Origin: Yuukianura sp. NJ FZ-2021
Lineage: Eukaryota
Reading direction: 5' to 3'
DNA length: 64,000 nt
Assembly (NCBI GenBank): GCA_046563655.1
Contig: CM102285.1
Coordinates: 7,440,001 to 7,504,000 of the forward strand
Position numbers and translations under genes: made by a program. This document shows positions 1 to 12,912 of the stretch, piece by piece. Numbering within the stretch: position 1 is the stretch's first letter; the number at the start of each line of letters is the position of its first letter. Under the pieces are notes generated by a model, which saw only the letters and a program-made list of their open reading frames with translations, did not search any database and was not told where the DNA came from.

Positions 1-247
1 CATTACATGCATGTACTTGTGCATCAAGGACAAAGAGTTGAGCACAATAGCAGGTTGTGCCGCGGCTTCTGAAGCGTGGAAGAAATTAGCTACAATTCAT
101 CAAAACGTGAGTGGTGAATCAAAGGGACTCCTGTGGCAGAAATTCTACAATGTGAAAACAAGCCAAGACAAAAGTGCCCTTCAAGCTATGATCGAGATTC
201 AAAACATTGCCGTGCAGTTGAGGTCACTTGGCTCAACTGTGGACGAG
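1..247 (+). pseudogene. Ty1/Copia gag fragment (UBN2/Retrotran_gag_2-like), interrupted at ~248
   Basis: 'ASEAWKKLATIH...LWQKFYNVK...IQNIAVQLRSLGSTVDE' matches the Copia gag pattern; similarity stops where a TG-initiated LTR-like block begins. Confidence 0.7.
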
Positions 248-1084
248 TGTGAGCGGTTTAAGCGGATTAAACGACTCACACTCTAATGCGCAATAAGCCT
301 ATAAGTATTAGCTCATATTTGGGCCCAAGGCCACTTTATGGCGCAAGAGCCAATAAGCAGGAATCCCTCCAGGTTTACTAAGCCCGGAGGCTTTCCCATT
401 ACAACGAATGAGTCATATACCTATTTACCTTGAGAGTATCCTTTCATATGTAGGGAGTTGATGTCTGGACTCCGAGTGAGTCGGAGGGGATAGTGTGCTT
501 AGGCTCCGAGGGAGTCTGAGCCGGAGGAGCAAGAGTTAGGTCCTGACCGGCGTCGGATGTCCGACGGCCGAGGTCAAGAGGTCACGAGTCTATTAGCATA
601 TAGTCATCCTAACTTATAGACCTGTTAGTGGGTTAGTTGGCAGTTGCCATATAAGGAAGGTCAAGTTGCAGATGACCTCTGACCTTTGATACGTACGATG
701 AAGTCTTCATGGAGTAGGGAGTTTTCTAGATCTCAATAAACATAAGACGCTCAACAACCCTATTGTTCATCTGACGTTTATTATAGTTTCTGAGTTGGAG
801 TTTATCTCAAGATACGATAGTGTTGTATCCGAGGCATATTGCACCGCCGATTACAGTCCTTATTCACATTCCGAGAGCGGAGTTGTAGTTTCAGAGAGGC
901 CGATATCTGTTTGGCTTGCGGTCAGAGTTCGGCATCATTGGTCGTTTCGACGGCTGTTGGATTCTGACTACGGGGAAGCCAGAACCAGAGAGATCCCAGA
1001 AGCCCTTGCTGGTCAAGCCGACTTCCGGAAGTATGCCGCCTAAACGGGTGACATAAATTGTTCCTTCGAACCGCGGTTTCTTCA
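248..1084 (+). mobile_element. Probable LTR or LTR remnant
   Basis: Starts TGT exactly where gag similarity stops; higher GC; TATA-like ATATAA ~650 and AATAAA 735-740; possible CA end at 1053 or 1084. No TSD or PBS found. Confidence 0.35.
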
Positions 1085-1573
1085 ATAACTGACCACTGGC
1101 AAAACAGCAAACATCGGCAGAAAAAAGTGCAGCTCAGTAAAAAAAACGAAGTTGTTTGACGCAAATGAAGATGAGTTTCAACTCAGTCAGAAACTTACTT
1201 CAATCCAGTCACCGTCAATTCAAAACTGAGAATTTCAACGGAGAAATTATTACAACACTACAAAAGAAAAATAAATAAAATGAAGAAGACAACCAACAGG
1301 TAAGATTGACAAAGTTGTTTTATTATACACGAGAATCCATCACCATAAAATTCAAATTTTTATAAGAATTAAATATTATTCCCACCACCATCAAATTATT
1401 TAAAAACATAGCAAGTTAGCGGAAAAGTTAGAACTATTTAGGATTTGAGTTTAAAAACTTCGGTATTATTTTGTGTGTGTGAAAAGTCTGAAAATAGAAT
1501 TTAAATTTCACAACTGGACAAAGGATTTTTTTTGGGATTTTAACGAAAATTGAATTAAAAAGGAAAATTGTTC

Positions 1574-2223
1574 TTATGGGAGATAAAAAGTTCGTCGCAG
1601 ACAGCAGTTATTCACACCCAACTCAGATTCATGGGGGGTAGTACAGAAAGAACAAACGAAGCACTGTTCAAAGTGTTTTTCGCGCGATTCAATCTCCAAG
1701 TTGATCTGAGTGTGACACCGATAACATTCGGAACAATCGTTTTTCAAATGATGATAAAGTTTTTCTTGGGATTCAAAATGCTTTTCACATAAAGGATGGA
1801 AATGACAACCGATAAATTTGTGTTGGAAGGAGGCGTACACAAGCAGTGCGCCTGACGCAATGCGAAAGTTGAATTTTGAAAGCCGCAAGGACAAGCCGCA
1901 AGGCAAATTAAGCGATGTTTTTCATCATAAGCAATACCACAAGGACGCCCACATGAGCACGCGAGAACTACGCGATCCATTCCCACGTGAATACTATGAA
2001 TATGAGAAGTCCAAGCTTCCTCAGTAGAAAAACTGAGTGGTAAAGCTGGAGATGACTTGTCGCTTACACCAAGCAAAGCTTTACCATGAAATTCAGACTC
2101 ACAAAAGCCACAATACCATTTAGAATTGTCATGAATTCTAGAGCATTTGAGATAACCAGGCAAATCAATATCAAGAAATTTTGGAATAGCCAAAACCTCA
2201 AGCTCCAAAAAGTGTTTTGCCAA
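1574..2223 (-). pseudogene. Cys/His-rich zinc-binding protein, unknown family C copy 1 (frameshifted)
   Basis: Overlapping ORFs 1744-2223 and 1574-1906 with many CxxC/HxxxH motifs; collinear similarity to 8511-9153. Confidence 0.55.
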
Positions 2224-3537
2224 AAAATCTGAACGGTAATAAACTAAATTGTCATCGCTATCAGAAGCATGAACTTCAGCGAGAGTCGTATGACTTTGAA
2301 ATTGGGTAGAATCGACATCCCAGAACCTTTTTTCAAATTGACAACAAAACGAGAATTAGAAAGTCTTTTTTACAACAGTATGATAATTCTATGTTCAAAC
2401 TGGAGAAATTGAAGTAACCTTACATTAGAGAAAAGTTCTTGTGCAAATCTTGCGTTTTCCGATAAATGGACACCAAAGGAATGATGTGAAAAATGTCTTA
2501 AGAGCACTGAAAAATAATCGAGCGAATTTAAATACAACAAAATCAAATCATATTATGATATTTCCCAAAACTTTAACAAACATTGAAATTTACATTCGGA
2601 ATGACGCTAGGATCCAACAATCGTTCGCGAATTAAAGCAGCAATTCGACGAAGAAAAATACTAGCGGAAGTGAATTGAGCAGGCGAGAGATGGAGGGGTT
2701 GTGATGAAATAGGGAAATCAGCAGCCAATTTTTCAAAAATTTTACTGTCCACTTCCTATAATTCAGAAAAAGCAGGGAAAAGTCAATATCAGTTAAGCAA
2801 TTGAATTGGAAATAACGATCAGAGTAAAAATGATAATATTTACGTATTTTGATGATAGACGACGAATTAAGCTTTCGCAAGGACGAAAAAGGTCATAATA
2901 ATTAAAGAGAGGAGGAGTCCAAGTTGATCCCCCAAAAATGATGTTGCAGCTGGATTTTAGATCGTTCTGAATTCGTAGAAAATCGTATTCAGTTAGAATG
3001 GAAGTCGATACGACGGGATAATGTTTCGCTATGGCTCGATGGCGGGCATGATGTTTGGGAGGAGTTATGAGCCACTACGAATAAGAAAATGGAAGAGGTT
3101 AACAGAAAATTCAGAGTAATAGATTGAATCTTTTTTGGGTTGTTGAAAAAATTACGGTTGTCAAAACCAGAAGAAAATCGGAAGAAACGAGTGGGTTTGT
3201 AGTGATTTGATCGAAAATCCAATTAAAAAATACAACCCCGAAAAACAATTTTTCACGATCCTTCTCACAGCATTGTAGCAAACAGCCACGCAATCGCTTT
3301 AGCTAGAAAACGAATTAGAAGTAAAAATCCTAGAAAGTTATGTAGTTAACATTAAATTAAAAGTCTTTTAAAAATAAGATAAAATCAACAGACCAAATGA
3401 CGTAAGGACATAAGTTCGACCATGAAATAAGGCACAAGAAGAGGCCAAATAAGCTGTATAATTTCAATTCCGTAACCGTCAATCCGCAATTGGGTAATTA
3501 GGTCGAAATCCCAAGAGATTTTATGCTCGCCGGTTTT

Positions 3538-4638
3538 TCATGGACTGGGCGGAGTTCGAAGCAAGGATTTCACATGAGCTGAGACTCGGTTTTGAGTTTG
3601 AAGGTCAATTGAACGAACCGATAATGGACGGCCGTGAGTGGATGGAGAGGCGGTAGGTCCTAAAACGGTAAAGGTAGTTTTTAAGGAAAGTGGTTTTGGA
3701 AGAGAAGCGGAAGTAGAAGGTCCAGAGACCGGAGAATCAAACTCAAAAGAGCTGGTAGGTCGAGCGATGAAGCTGTCTTGAGAGTTATCATCTTCACGAA
3801 GCAAAGCTTCAGGAAAGAAATCACGGTTAAAATCCTCCAAACCGTCAATCTCGGAACTAAAAAAAAATTCGGAATCAACAATAATTAGATTTTCTCATCA
3901 AAAACGGAAAGACGGTATTATGAGACTCACAAGGGCGATATGGGGGTTAGGTATCCGTTATTAGAAGCCAAGGTCGAATCAATCGGACCGCGGGGCGTCG
4001 AGAGATTTGAAGAACGTGTAATTGCAGGAGAGGACGGAGTAGAAGAGGCACGAAGAAACGATTCTCCCCAACGGCGTTCCGGACTTTGGAAAAGAGGGCT
4101 GGAAAATCCAGTATGGAAAAATTCACCGGTTGAAGACGAAACGGGGTTAGGGGTAACGAAAGTCGTTTTCAAAGATTTAGCGGCGAGTCGAGAACGCTCG
4201 GGAATTCTCGGTTCCGGAGTACAAATCGGAGTACATACTAAAGTACAGGAAGTTTCTTTCAGATTCGACTTCCTAATCTTGGGGGCGATACAAGCAATTT
4301 TTTTCGGCAAAGAACGACTCGAGTGTTTCGAAACAACGACAGTCGTCACAATTTTCGGAGACCGAGGACGACTCGAATTTTTTGAAATTTCGACATCCCC
4401 AACGATCTTCTTCGGTCGTGGACGATTCCAATTTCTTGAAACCTCGAACAACTTTTTTCGGTTCGGGACGACTCGAACTATTTGAAGGTTCGACAACACG
4501 AACAATCTTCTTCGGTCGCAGACAGCTCAATTTATTTGAAACTTTGGCAACCCGAATTGGCTTTTTCGACGGCAGACGACTCGATTCTTTGGAAGTTTTA
4601 ACCATCCTAATAAAAGAAAGTTGACATACAATATTCAA
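3538..4638 (-). pseudogene. Ser/Pro/Arg/Lys-rich protein with 18-aa tandem repeats (frameshifted)
   Basis: About 6 copies of an SSRPRPKKIVxxVxVSxx-like unit (54-bp period) across ORFs 4273-4638 and 3927-4505, then low-complexity S/P sequence. Confidence 0.5.
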
Positions 4639-4771
4639 TCAACGAAATAAAGATTTCGCACAGAGATAACAGAATTCGAAACAATTTAATAATAAATTCT
4701 AAAACACTTGAGATTAAATTAAAGTTACAGAGGGCCAGATAGACAGTGTTTCCATAGGCATTAAGTAGATT

Positions 4772-5651
4772 TTAAATTCGAAAAATCTCGTCCAAATCGG
4801 CCTCAACGTAAGGCATCTCTAGCATAATGTAAATTCGTCGACGAATCTCCCTTAATCTGTGTTGTTCAGCAGCAACAGCAAGTTGATCCTGGAGCTCAAG
4901 TTCGGCTAAATCTATACAAGTCCGAGATTCAAAGGACTCGGAGATTTGGATACCGGAATTACCCTCTGACTTGTTTCTAGAAATCAGATCGGCAACAGAC
5001 CGGAAATTGCAAAGCTCTAAGTGATTACGAGTGAAGAAAGGGGTTGCATGTAATAGATGCCCATTATAACCATAACTACGATGCACACGCCGAGTCGAAA
5101 GTAATTTTCGAAAATCAGCATAAGGCTGATTTTTCATTGATTTTTCGATGAAGTCTAGGCTTATCATTGGATTCGCAACAAATTCAAGAAAATCTAATAT
5201 GGGAAAATGTTTTAAAGATACCAGGTTAAGAATACTTAAAATAGAAGCGGAGCTGAATTCTCCATAAACACTAGCTCCGATTCCAGTCGAAAATAAGGTA
5301 GCCTGATCGCTACTATCTACTATTTTGTAAAGTGCGACGATTGTACTTCTCAAAAATCGGGAAATGAAACTAGAGATTTTTAAGATCATTAGAACAAAGA
5401 TACGAACTAATGAGTCGGACGGCAGCATAAGGCATTGTGGACAGAGGATGATTCTCAACCAGGACGGAGGTGTCAGTAGTGTTAAGTTTTGGCAATTGGC
5501 CTAAGAGAAACAAATTTTCCTCTTCATCAACAGTGATTGAAAACGGCAGACATTTTAAAATTAATTTGTTCACGTAACCATGAATAAGGTCAGCTTAAAA
5601 AGAAGACGTAGCTGCAGAACGCTTTAGAGGATGGGAATCAGACTCAGACAT
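4772..5651 (-). pseudogene. Unknown family A copy 1
   Basis: ATG 5651, one stop and one frameshift; collinear with 41084-41968 (LPFxxxxDExENLxLL; YGY; RLREIRR...ADLD). Confidence 0.6.
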
Positions 5652-7331
5652 GTCTCTGAAAAATAATTTTAATACTATGTAGTTACTAGTATATAATTAG
5701 GGACAAAAATAGAAAATTCAACTTACGTGATTTTCCTCCTTGAGAGAACGTGGAAAGAGCAGAACGACTGAGAAAAGGTGAAGTGAACGAAATCCGTAGA
5801 TTTGAGTGTCCTAACTTGAACTTTTCAGAAAAGATTTAACAGAATTTTCAGCAATTAAATTACAAATTAATTGAAAAATTAGCAGGTGCGTTAGAAATGC
5901 GTGTTAGAAACAAAATATGTAACTGAATCTATTTTCAAATCCCTATTTTTGTCGGCAGTTTATGTAGTAGAAAGTGAAACTGTAATTAAGAAGAAAAACC
6001 ACTTAGCCCGATTACAAATTTTAGATAATCAATATCATTTAAGTTTATTCAAGGCGTTTGAGATTTAAAGAAAAAATGGTGAATCAGTACTTTGCAAAAT
6101 GTAGTGAACCGACGGCAGTACAAGGGGAAGAAGGAAGTAGCGTCCGGAGTTGACCTGGGAATGAAAACAAAAAGAGTTAAAAACCTAGAAGTTCAATTCG
6201 GAGCAGGTTCGTATTTTATGATTAATTTTAATCCTTGTGGGGAAAAGAATTCTCTAGTTCCACAAAATATAAACTAAAAAATGTACAAATGAGAATATTT
6301 GGAAAAGAAAGTTCTAAAAAGTTTGGAAATAGACTCACCTGGGAAGTTGAAAGTTCTGAAACAAAGTGAAAGTCTGACGTGGAGACGGATGCAGCGAAAA
6401 GGAGTGTATAGAGCGTCCAGTCTGATCTTCTGGGAATTAAAATACGTAACAGTACGAAGCAATTTAACATATAAGACAAGGCTTAAATACAAAAAAAAAA
6501 CAAATTGCAAACAAAATATCCCCTTGTAGAATATTGTTTTTACGGAAAATTTAGCTTCTACATAAAAAGAAATCGCAAAATTGTTACCTAGATCAGTAAA
6601 GTTGGCGGTCAGGGGGACAGGAAAATAGAGGTGAATAATCCTCCCAAAAATCAAGATTCAAATGAACAAGGGATAGGCAGAACTGGTCGGCCTTGGATAC
6701 ATAAAAAAGTTTAGTCCTTTTGAATGCTTCTGACGCTCGATTAAGCAACCGAAGGGATTTTGGATTGAAAGCTATTTTGGAAAATTAAAAGTTTCGTAAC
6801 ATTTTATTTGAAAGATGATGGAGTATCTTAAAAATTTTGAAGCTAACTAAAAACAATATTTCAATCCTGGAATTGAATTTAAAGTTGGACGAAGAAGAAT
6901 TTTATCAGTATATAATCAATTTTACAAAGAAAAGAAAGAATTGTTTTTTTTTTGGAAAAAAAATAATAAAAGGGAATGGTACACTATTTTGAATGGTATT
7001 TTTTGTGATGACGGTCATAAGACGACGGAGAATTAAATTGAACGTCGCAAATTCGGCAACATTTCAGTTGTCGTCGATGATCGTTGACAATATGCCTATG
7101 AAAAGATTGATGATGTAAGTAAACTTTGGAGCGGAAGGATTTTTTTAGGCATTCTCGAAAAGAATCTAACTACGAAGAATCCATTAATTTTTTTGCTTCT
7201 TCGTCGTCTTCCTCTGAATAGGCAAAGCAGTTTTTATTTTATGGAGAAAGGCAGGGAACATAAAAAGAAAAATTCAGAAAAATTAAATATTTTTATTTAA
7301 CATATTCGAAAATCAAATCACGGACGGACAT

Positions 7332-8096
7332 CTATTTTGAGTGATGCTTACTTTTATGACGAAAATAGGTAGTACGAGAATTGAATTCACAGTTACAAAC
7401 CTCACAACGCTTAAATTTTCCTTGGTGGTAACCGACATCATGATTGTATAGAGATTGACGGTCAAAAAATAATTTATTACAATTGGGACAAGGATAGGTT
7501 TTCTTGGCAGAGCGGCGAGCAAGATTCGCCGACCCTGAAGTGCACGGCGAATCAGAAGACTCTAAAAATATACAACATAGGTTTAATAACATAAGACAAG
7601 AGGCAAACGGGAAAAATGGGTTTTTCTTTTCCCCACTTAAAATAGGAGTGAGTAGTAAATTACCGGAATTTATGAGAACTGTGTAACAGTAGATATTTGG
7701 GGAACATCTTCCAAAGAAAGAAGTCCTGAAGGAGTGAAAGGCGGGACTGATAAGTAAAATCAAGAAAAATTTTAGTGTAAAAATGTGAGGAAAAAATCAA
7801 TTAACTGGCGAAAAACGGTAGGAGATTAACATACCCACAATTGGCGGAGAGGCCATTTCCAAACGGACAAGTTCCTCGTAACTATAAACACATCCGTCAA
7901 CTGTACCGAAGAAAGGTTCTTTAGGACTCCCGGGAGGTTTAGCACAAAGCATAGAGCGGTAGGTGTGAGGTCTCTTTCCGGGGTAAGTGACCTCACTCGG
8001 GGATGCAGCTCTATAGGCTGTAGGCGCTAAGGAGAGGAGCGACTCAGCAAGAGGCAGTACTTGAGTAGAGGTCCTCTGGAGAGGATCTCTACCCAA
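7332..8096 (-). CDS. C2H2 zinc-finger protein, last exons
   Basis: Two C2H2 fingers (CPNCNKLFFDRQSLYNHDVGYH; CEVCNCEFNSRTTYFRHKSKHH) after an AG acceptor near 7561; upstream candidate exon ends at a GTATGT donor near 7834. Confidence 0.55.
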
Positions 8097-8510
8097 GGAA
8101 GTATTACGGTTTGAGTCCAGTGAGAGGGAGCACTTCGGTTATAGGGGGATTGTGAAGAAAGACATACCTGAGACCCATTTGGAAGGAGAGTTCGGATTTT
8201 GTTGTTAGCAGAGTCTTGGTATTTGTGCTTATTGGTAGAGTTGGGAACAGCTTGGATCCAGTTCCTCCGAGATGCAGCATGACGATGTTTCTTCCTGGCC
8301 TTCTGTCGACGTGGGAGTGACACATCGGCAGGAGGTCCTCTCATATTGGTCCTATTCGAACCGGATCCATACGGAATCAAATAAACATGGTAATAACGAA
8401 AAAAAAAATTTTTTTTCCCCTGCGAGCAAAGGTAAGGCAACACAAGTAATATAAATGAAGGTTGATTTTAATACGCATAATTATGGGCAATTACTTCACA
8501 AAGCAGACAC

Positions 8511-9153
8511 TTAATTCTCAAAGCGGGGCAAATAAACATTTCTTTTTAAACAATATGTGCGACAAGCTGGGCATTCCAGAGGGTCGGTATAAATAACACC
8601 GCAAAAACAACGATTACAGGATCTAATGTGCTCTTCCCGCGACATATCTAATTCCGAATACAGCTTCCAACAATTGCGGCAATATACACAATCCTTTACC
8701 TTATGAAGCTCCAAAGCCTCAATATTTTTCATGTTTTGATTACATAGATTGCAAAAATTGCAACCACGGTACTTTTGGTTACGTTCTTTGTCTTCAAAGA
8801 GATGCTTACGTTTTTCTTCAACCTGACAAGAATACAGGACGTAGAATTAAATATTTAACAAAGGACATACTTCAATAGGTGTTTTGTCTTACTGTAAAGT
8901 CGTGTTGGAAACACACACAGGAAGAGCAGCGGAGGGCATGCGCATCTCGATTTGATACCCAGAGAGTTTGGTAGCATCCACAACGCTGATCGACTCGGTA
9001 GAGCGGGTCGTGTTCCAGTACGTGTCCCGCAAATTCCGTAGCTGTAAATTTTACGGGGTCGGGGCCATTCATTTGGGTTGAGTTAGACTCTTCAGCATGA
9101 GCATAACACAGTCCACAATAGAATACGCCCCCTTCGATGGGCGAAGAGGTCAA
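8511..9153 (-). pseudogene. Cys/His-rich zinc-binding protein, unknown family C copy 2
   Basis: FYCGLC, RCGC, SREEHIRSC and CLKRNVYLP parallel WYCGFC, ACSC, SREKHFEQC and CLRRTFYLP in copy 1. Confidence 0.55.
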
Positions 9154-11129
9154 CAGGTCTTGAGGAAAGTAAACTAGGGATAAGGAAATTCAAATCAGAA
9201 TGACATTACCAATCCCAGGTTAACGAAAGGTACCAGCTTGGGGTGTGGGGATCCTTAAGGTGTCATGATTTCCAGCAGCGTCAGTCCAACGACTTTTTAC
9301 GAAACTCTCACCATGTTTTGATAATTTTTTTTCATATTTCTCGATTGCTTCGGGAAAATCCATTTGGTTGCTATCGAGAATCCAAGAACTACCAACAAGA
9401 GATAACAACTATTATGCCGGCTAAGGGTTTCGTAAATAGGAAATATAATAGTTGTAACTACCTGGATACCATGTAGCGGGGACCCGTATGGGAAACATCT
9501 AAGACTTGACCGTCAACGTCATAAGCACACCGTCCACTCAGCAACTAGGTTAAACATAGTAAAATTAAATTTCAAGGCATACACGGACAGTATTACAATC
9601 TATCTTCCTTAGGAATCTTGTTGCAATCACCATTTGTTTGAACCGAGGATCTTCTAAGTATTGAATTAGGTTTTTTGTGGCACGCGACATAGGCCCGGCG
9701 TTCACGGGAGCGGCTTGTTTACACGCAGCGATCTGTTGTGTCACATGTTTGCTGATGGGATCCTCTATGTTCTAAAAACAGACATTGTAAGAAGAATAAT
9801 TTATATGGAGATTATTAGTACGTCTTCTATTAGTGTAGAAAGGTATACCGCAGTTTCCAACAGTCGCGTTAACATGGGATAAATTGGACTTAATACTTTA
9901 ATGTATTTAACATCATCATCAAGAATTCATCATGGTACGGGTTTCGAACACGGAGTTTCGGATCAGCCCAAATGGCGTTTACACACCAGGACGCCAAGGT
10001 GGCTCTTGATATTATTTCATTATCCAGTAACCACTAGTAGATTGGTAAGAAAATTAACAGAAATACCAACAAAACAAAATAAGCGCATCTATTGTACGCA
10101 GACTTACATTGAAACAATAAGTAATATCGTGGTTTTCGCGTTTGTGAACGCAGTCGGTGAAACGCTCCGTGATCCAATGGCATAAGAGGTTTAGAAAAAA
10201 GTTAATTTCATCCATAGACTGAGTAACAGCCTTTAAAAAGCCAACTACGCATTTGTCACTCAGCTGTATTACAAAGAATATTGTAAAATATTGATCAAAT
10301 TAGGCATGCTTGCATATCATTTCACTTACTTGTTTGGTCCAAGTTTTTGGTCGAAGGGTTAGCTTCAGAGCATCAAAAAAAACACCCGCAGAGATCAGTT
10401 GTTAACTTACGGGCAAGGCAGTAGGCAACAACGGGCTCATACGGCCAACGCGTTCGGCTACACTTTTTAGTTTTGAGTTCACGCTTCCACTTCAGGAACA
10501 CTGCAGCCACAGTTTTCCGTGTGTAGGTTAAAGATTCACTATGAGTGTCATCTTCAGTGTCGATATCGTTCAAATCAAACGGCGGTTCGATACTAGGGTC
10601 TACCCTTTGACGGTTTGATTTTCCACGTTTAGGAGCACGAGAGCTATGCGCTACAGGAGACCTCCCACGCTCTGTATAGACGATTTTACGTCGAGGACGT
10701 AGTTCGTGGGGCGTCGATGGTTTAGGCGGAGGATTCTTTTCGGGTATCAGAGGTTTGAGGGATTTCATCTTCCGAATCAGAAACGATACGGTTTTTTCGT
10801 GGGTTGTAAGGCTTTTTTTTCGAAGGGGGACATTTTTTGGACTTTAAACTCCCAACGGTAAGTTTGGAGATCGACAGAGGCGGAGCAGATGTAGGGGTCA
10901 TGGGACGGAGTCCTTGCGTGCAGTCATCTAGGGGCACAGAACAAGGGAGACACGAGTTCTGAAACATGAGTTCATCGACACCAAATGGAATGGGAGGAAT
11001 GTGGTTCCGCACAATGAGGGGATTTTGTTCTGCATTCAAGCCAAGGCCAATTGTAGATACAGGACAGGATACTGGCATCGTAGATACTTCTTTGTCTAGG
11101 GTGTCTAACAACCAAGCCATAACCGGTTG

Positions 11130-12420
11130 AACCTCCTCGTTTTTCTGTTGAATGAAAAAACTCTATTGGCCATTCTAAAATACGCTCGGTTTGCGGTAGT
11201 AGCATGTAATCAGTAATAACGTCACATTTGTAAATTTCTACTAGATCGCCAGTATTTATAGCTCTGTATCCCGGACTACGCATGAGTGTCCTAACAAGTA
11301 AACTAGGTTGTCCACTTGCTGCAAGCATTCTCAAAAGTTGTAAATGAGATTTGTGTGATTGGCATACTTCTCTGTTTATAGATTGAATTGCAAAATCGTG
11401 TCTTTTGGATATTACTTCGTATAAATAGGTCAATTTTGCATTCACAAGTCCAGCGGTCCTCATCGTCTGAGGAATATTTGTGGTGTCTGTTGTTGTAGGT
11501 ATAATACCAGGAATAGTAATGAATGAATGAAGGTCAGTTCCGTTATCTACGGATCTTCTAGATCTCAAGTGCTCAGTAACCTTGAGTCGAGTTGCATTGG
11601 TGAAGGAAATTATTTTGTGGAATGTTCTATTAAATTGCATAAAGAAAAGTCCGTGCTCACTTCTGCCAAATTGAAGATCGCATCTAGTTGAAATACTAAG
11701 TTTGGTAATTGCAATTTCTTTGTCAGGACATGAAATTCGTCCATCAGTCAGTAAACAAGTGGTCGAGTCGCCTTCTTTCAACCGACAAATTCGCACTGAA
11801 TTTGGTAACCAGCAAACAACGCCGAATTTAGTTGGACAGGATCCGGTTCTGAAATTACACAGTTCAACAGTTTTTGCGTTGGTGATAATAGAATCATCAG
11901 CGTCATTTACCGTTATAGTCAAAGGGACAAGAAAGTAGTTAGTTATGGTATTAGTGTAAGTAGTAAGCCACCAATATTCAATTGTCAGTTGCAATTTTGT
12001 GCCAAATAATCCGTCGAGTAATTTTTCCAAGTGAAAGGTTTGAGGTTGTGGACTGCGGTGAGATCTTACCATATCTCTGCATTCTTTCTCAGTAACTGCC
12101 TCTTTGGATTTTAAAAAATTTTTCTGATTTGGATCCAAAAAAAGTCATGTATGTCTTAACTTCCTCACGGATTCGAAAGCATTCATAACCTTGGAAAGTG
12201 TTATGCGTAATATCGGGATGCCAAAATGTTAAGTCTATTAAAGTAGAAGGTTTAGTAGTATCAACCAAAGGACAAGAAATATCTTCTGGTAGCTTCCAAG
12301 GAATACCGGTAGTCCATCCGCGACAATAAAAAAGTTGAGAGGTTTTTGTGTCATGAGTAAGTGTGTCATCAAGTAAATAAATCTTTGATAGTCGCATTTT
12401 CTTGATTTTCTGCTTTACAG
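11130..12420 (-). pseudogene. Class III viral fusion glycoprotein relic G1 (chuvirus/gB-like, or env of an LTR element)
   Basis: ORFs 12089-12487 and 10972-12138 joined by a frameshift ~12120: GYEC...TFFG...VTEKECRDMV, CNFRTGSC...GVVCW, furin site RSRR, helix NAKLTYLYE...CQ, PSLLVRTL...GDLVEIYKC. Truncated before any TM anchor. Confidence 0.7.
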
Positions 12421-12912
12421 AGGAATAGGCACACCGTCCAAAGAATGTAGAGAAAGAGCATCTTGAGAGTTTTGAAAACCCATGCATCGGGCACCAATAT
12501 TACAAGACTCGCGTCTTGAAACAATAATAAAATCAAATGAAAATATTTTGAGACTGTCTTTTTTCACTTTATTCAATGAACCAAATGAAATGTGCTTTAC
12601 AACACTAGCTTGACCTGGTAGGGTCACTGCTGAGTGAGCTGGGACTTGGAAGAGTTTCTGCTGGACCAACGACTGGTACAGTTCCAGGTGTGGCAAGTCC
12701 TTAAATAGCTAATTACATAACCTATGTTACTACAGGGTTAGGGATGGTCAGGGTGCATTCCTGTCCTATCCACTTTACTTACTCTTAACAATTATCTAAA
12801 AAGTTTCAAAAAGCCTAAAGTGCACTTGGTACTAAAAAGTATCTTTAACATGGTCAGTACTTACAAATGGAATGCAAGTGAAAGTGAACTTAGCAATAAA
12901 TCTATTTTAGAA

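Noticed and set aside
3940..4485. 181-aa plus-strand ORF and similar antisense ORFs (e.g. 15168-15560, 28930-29307)
   Set aside because: Shadows of better-supported opposite-strand genes, with no motifs of their own.
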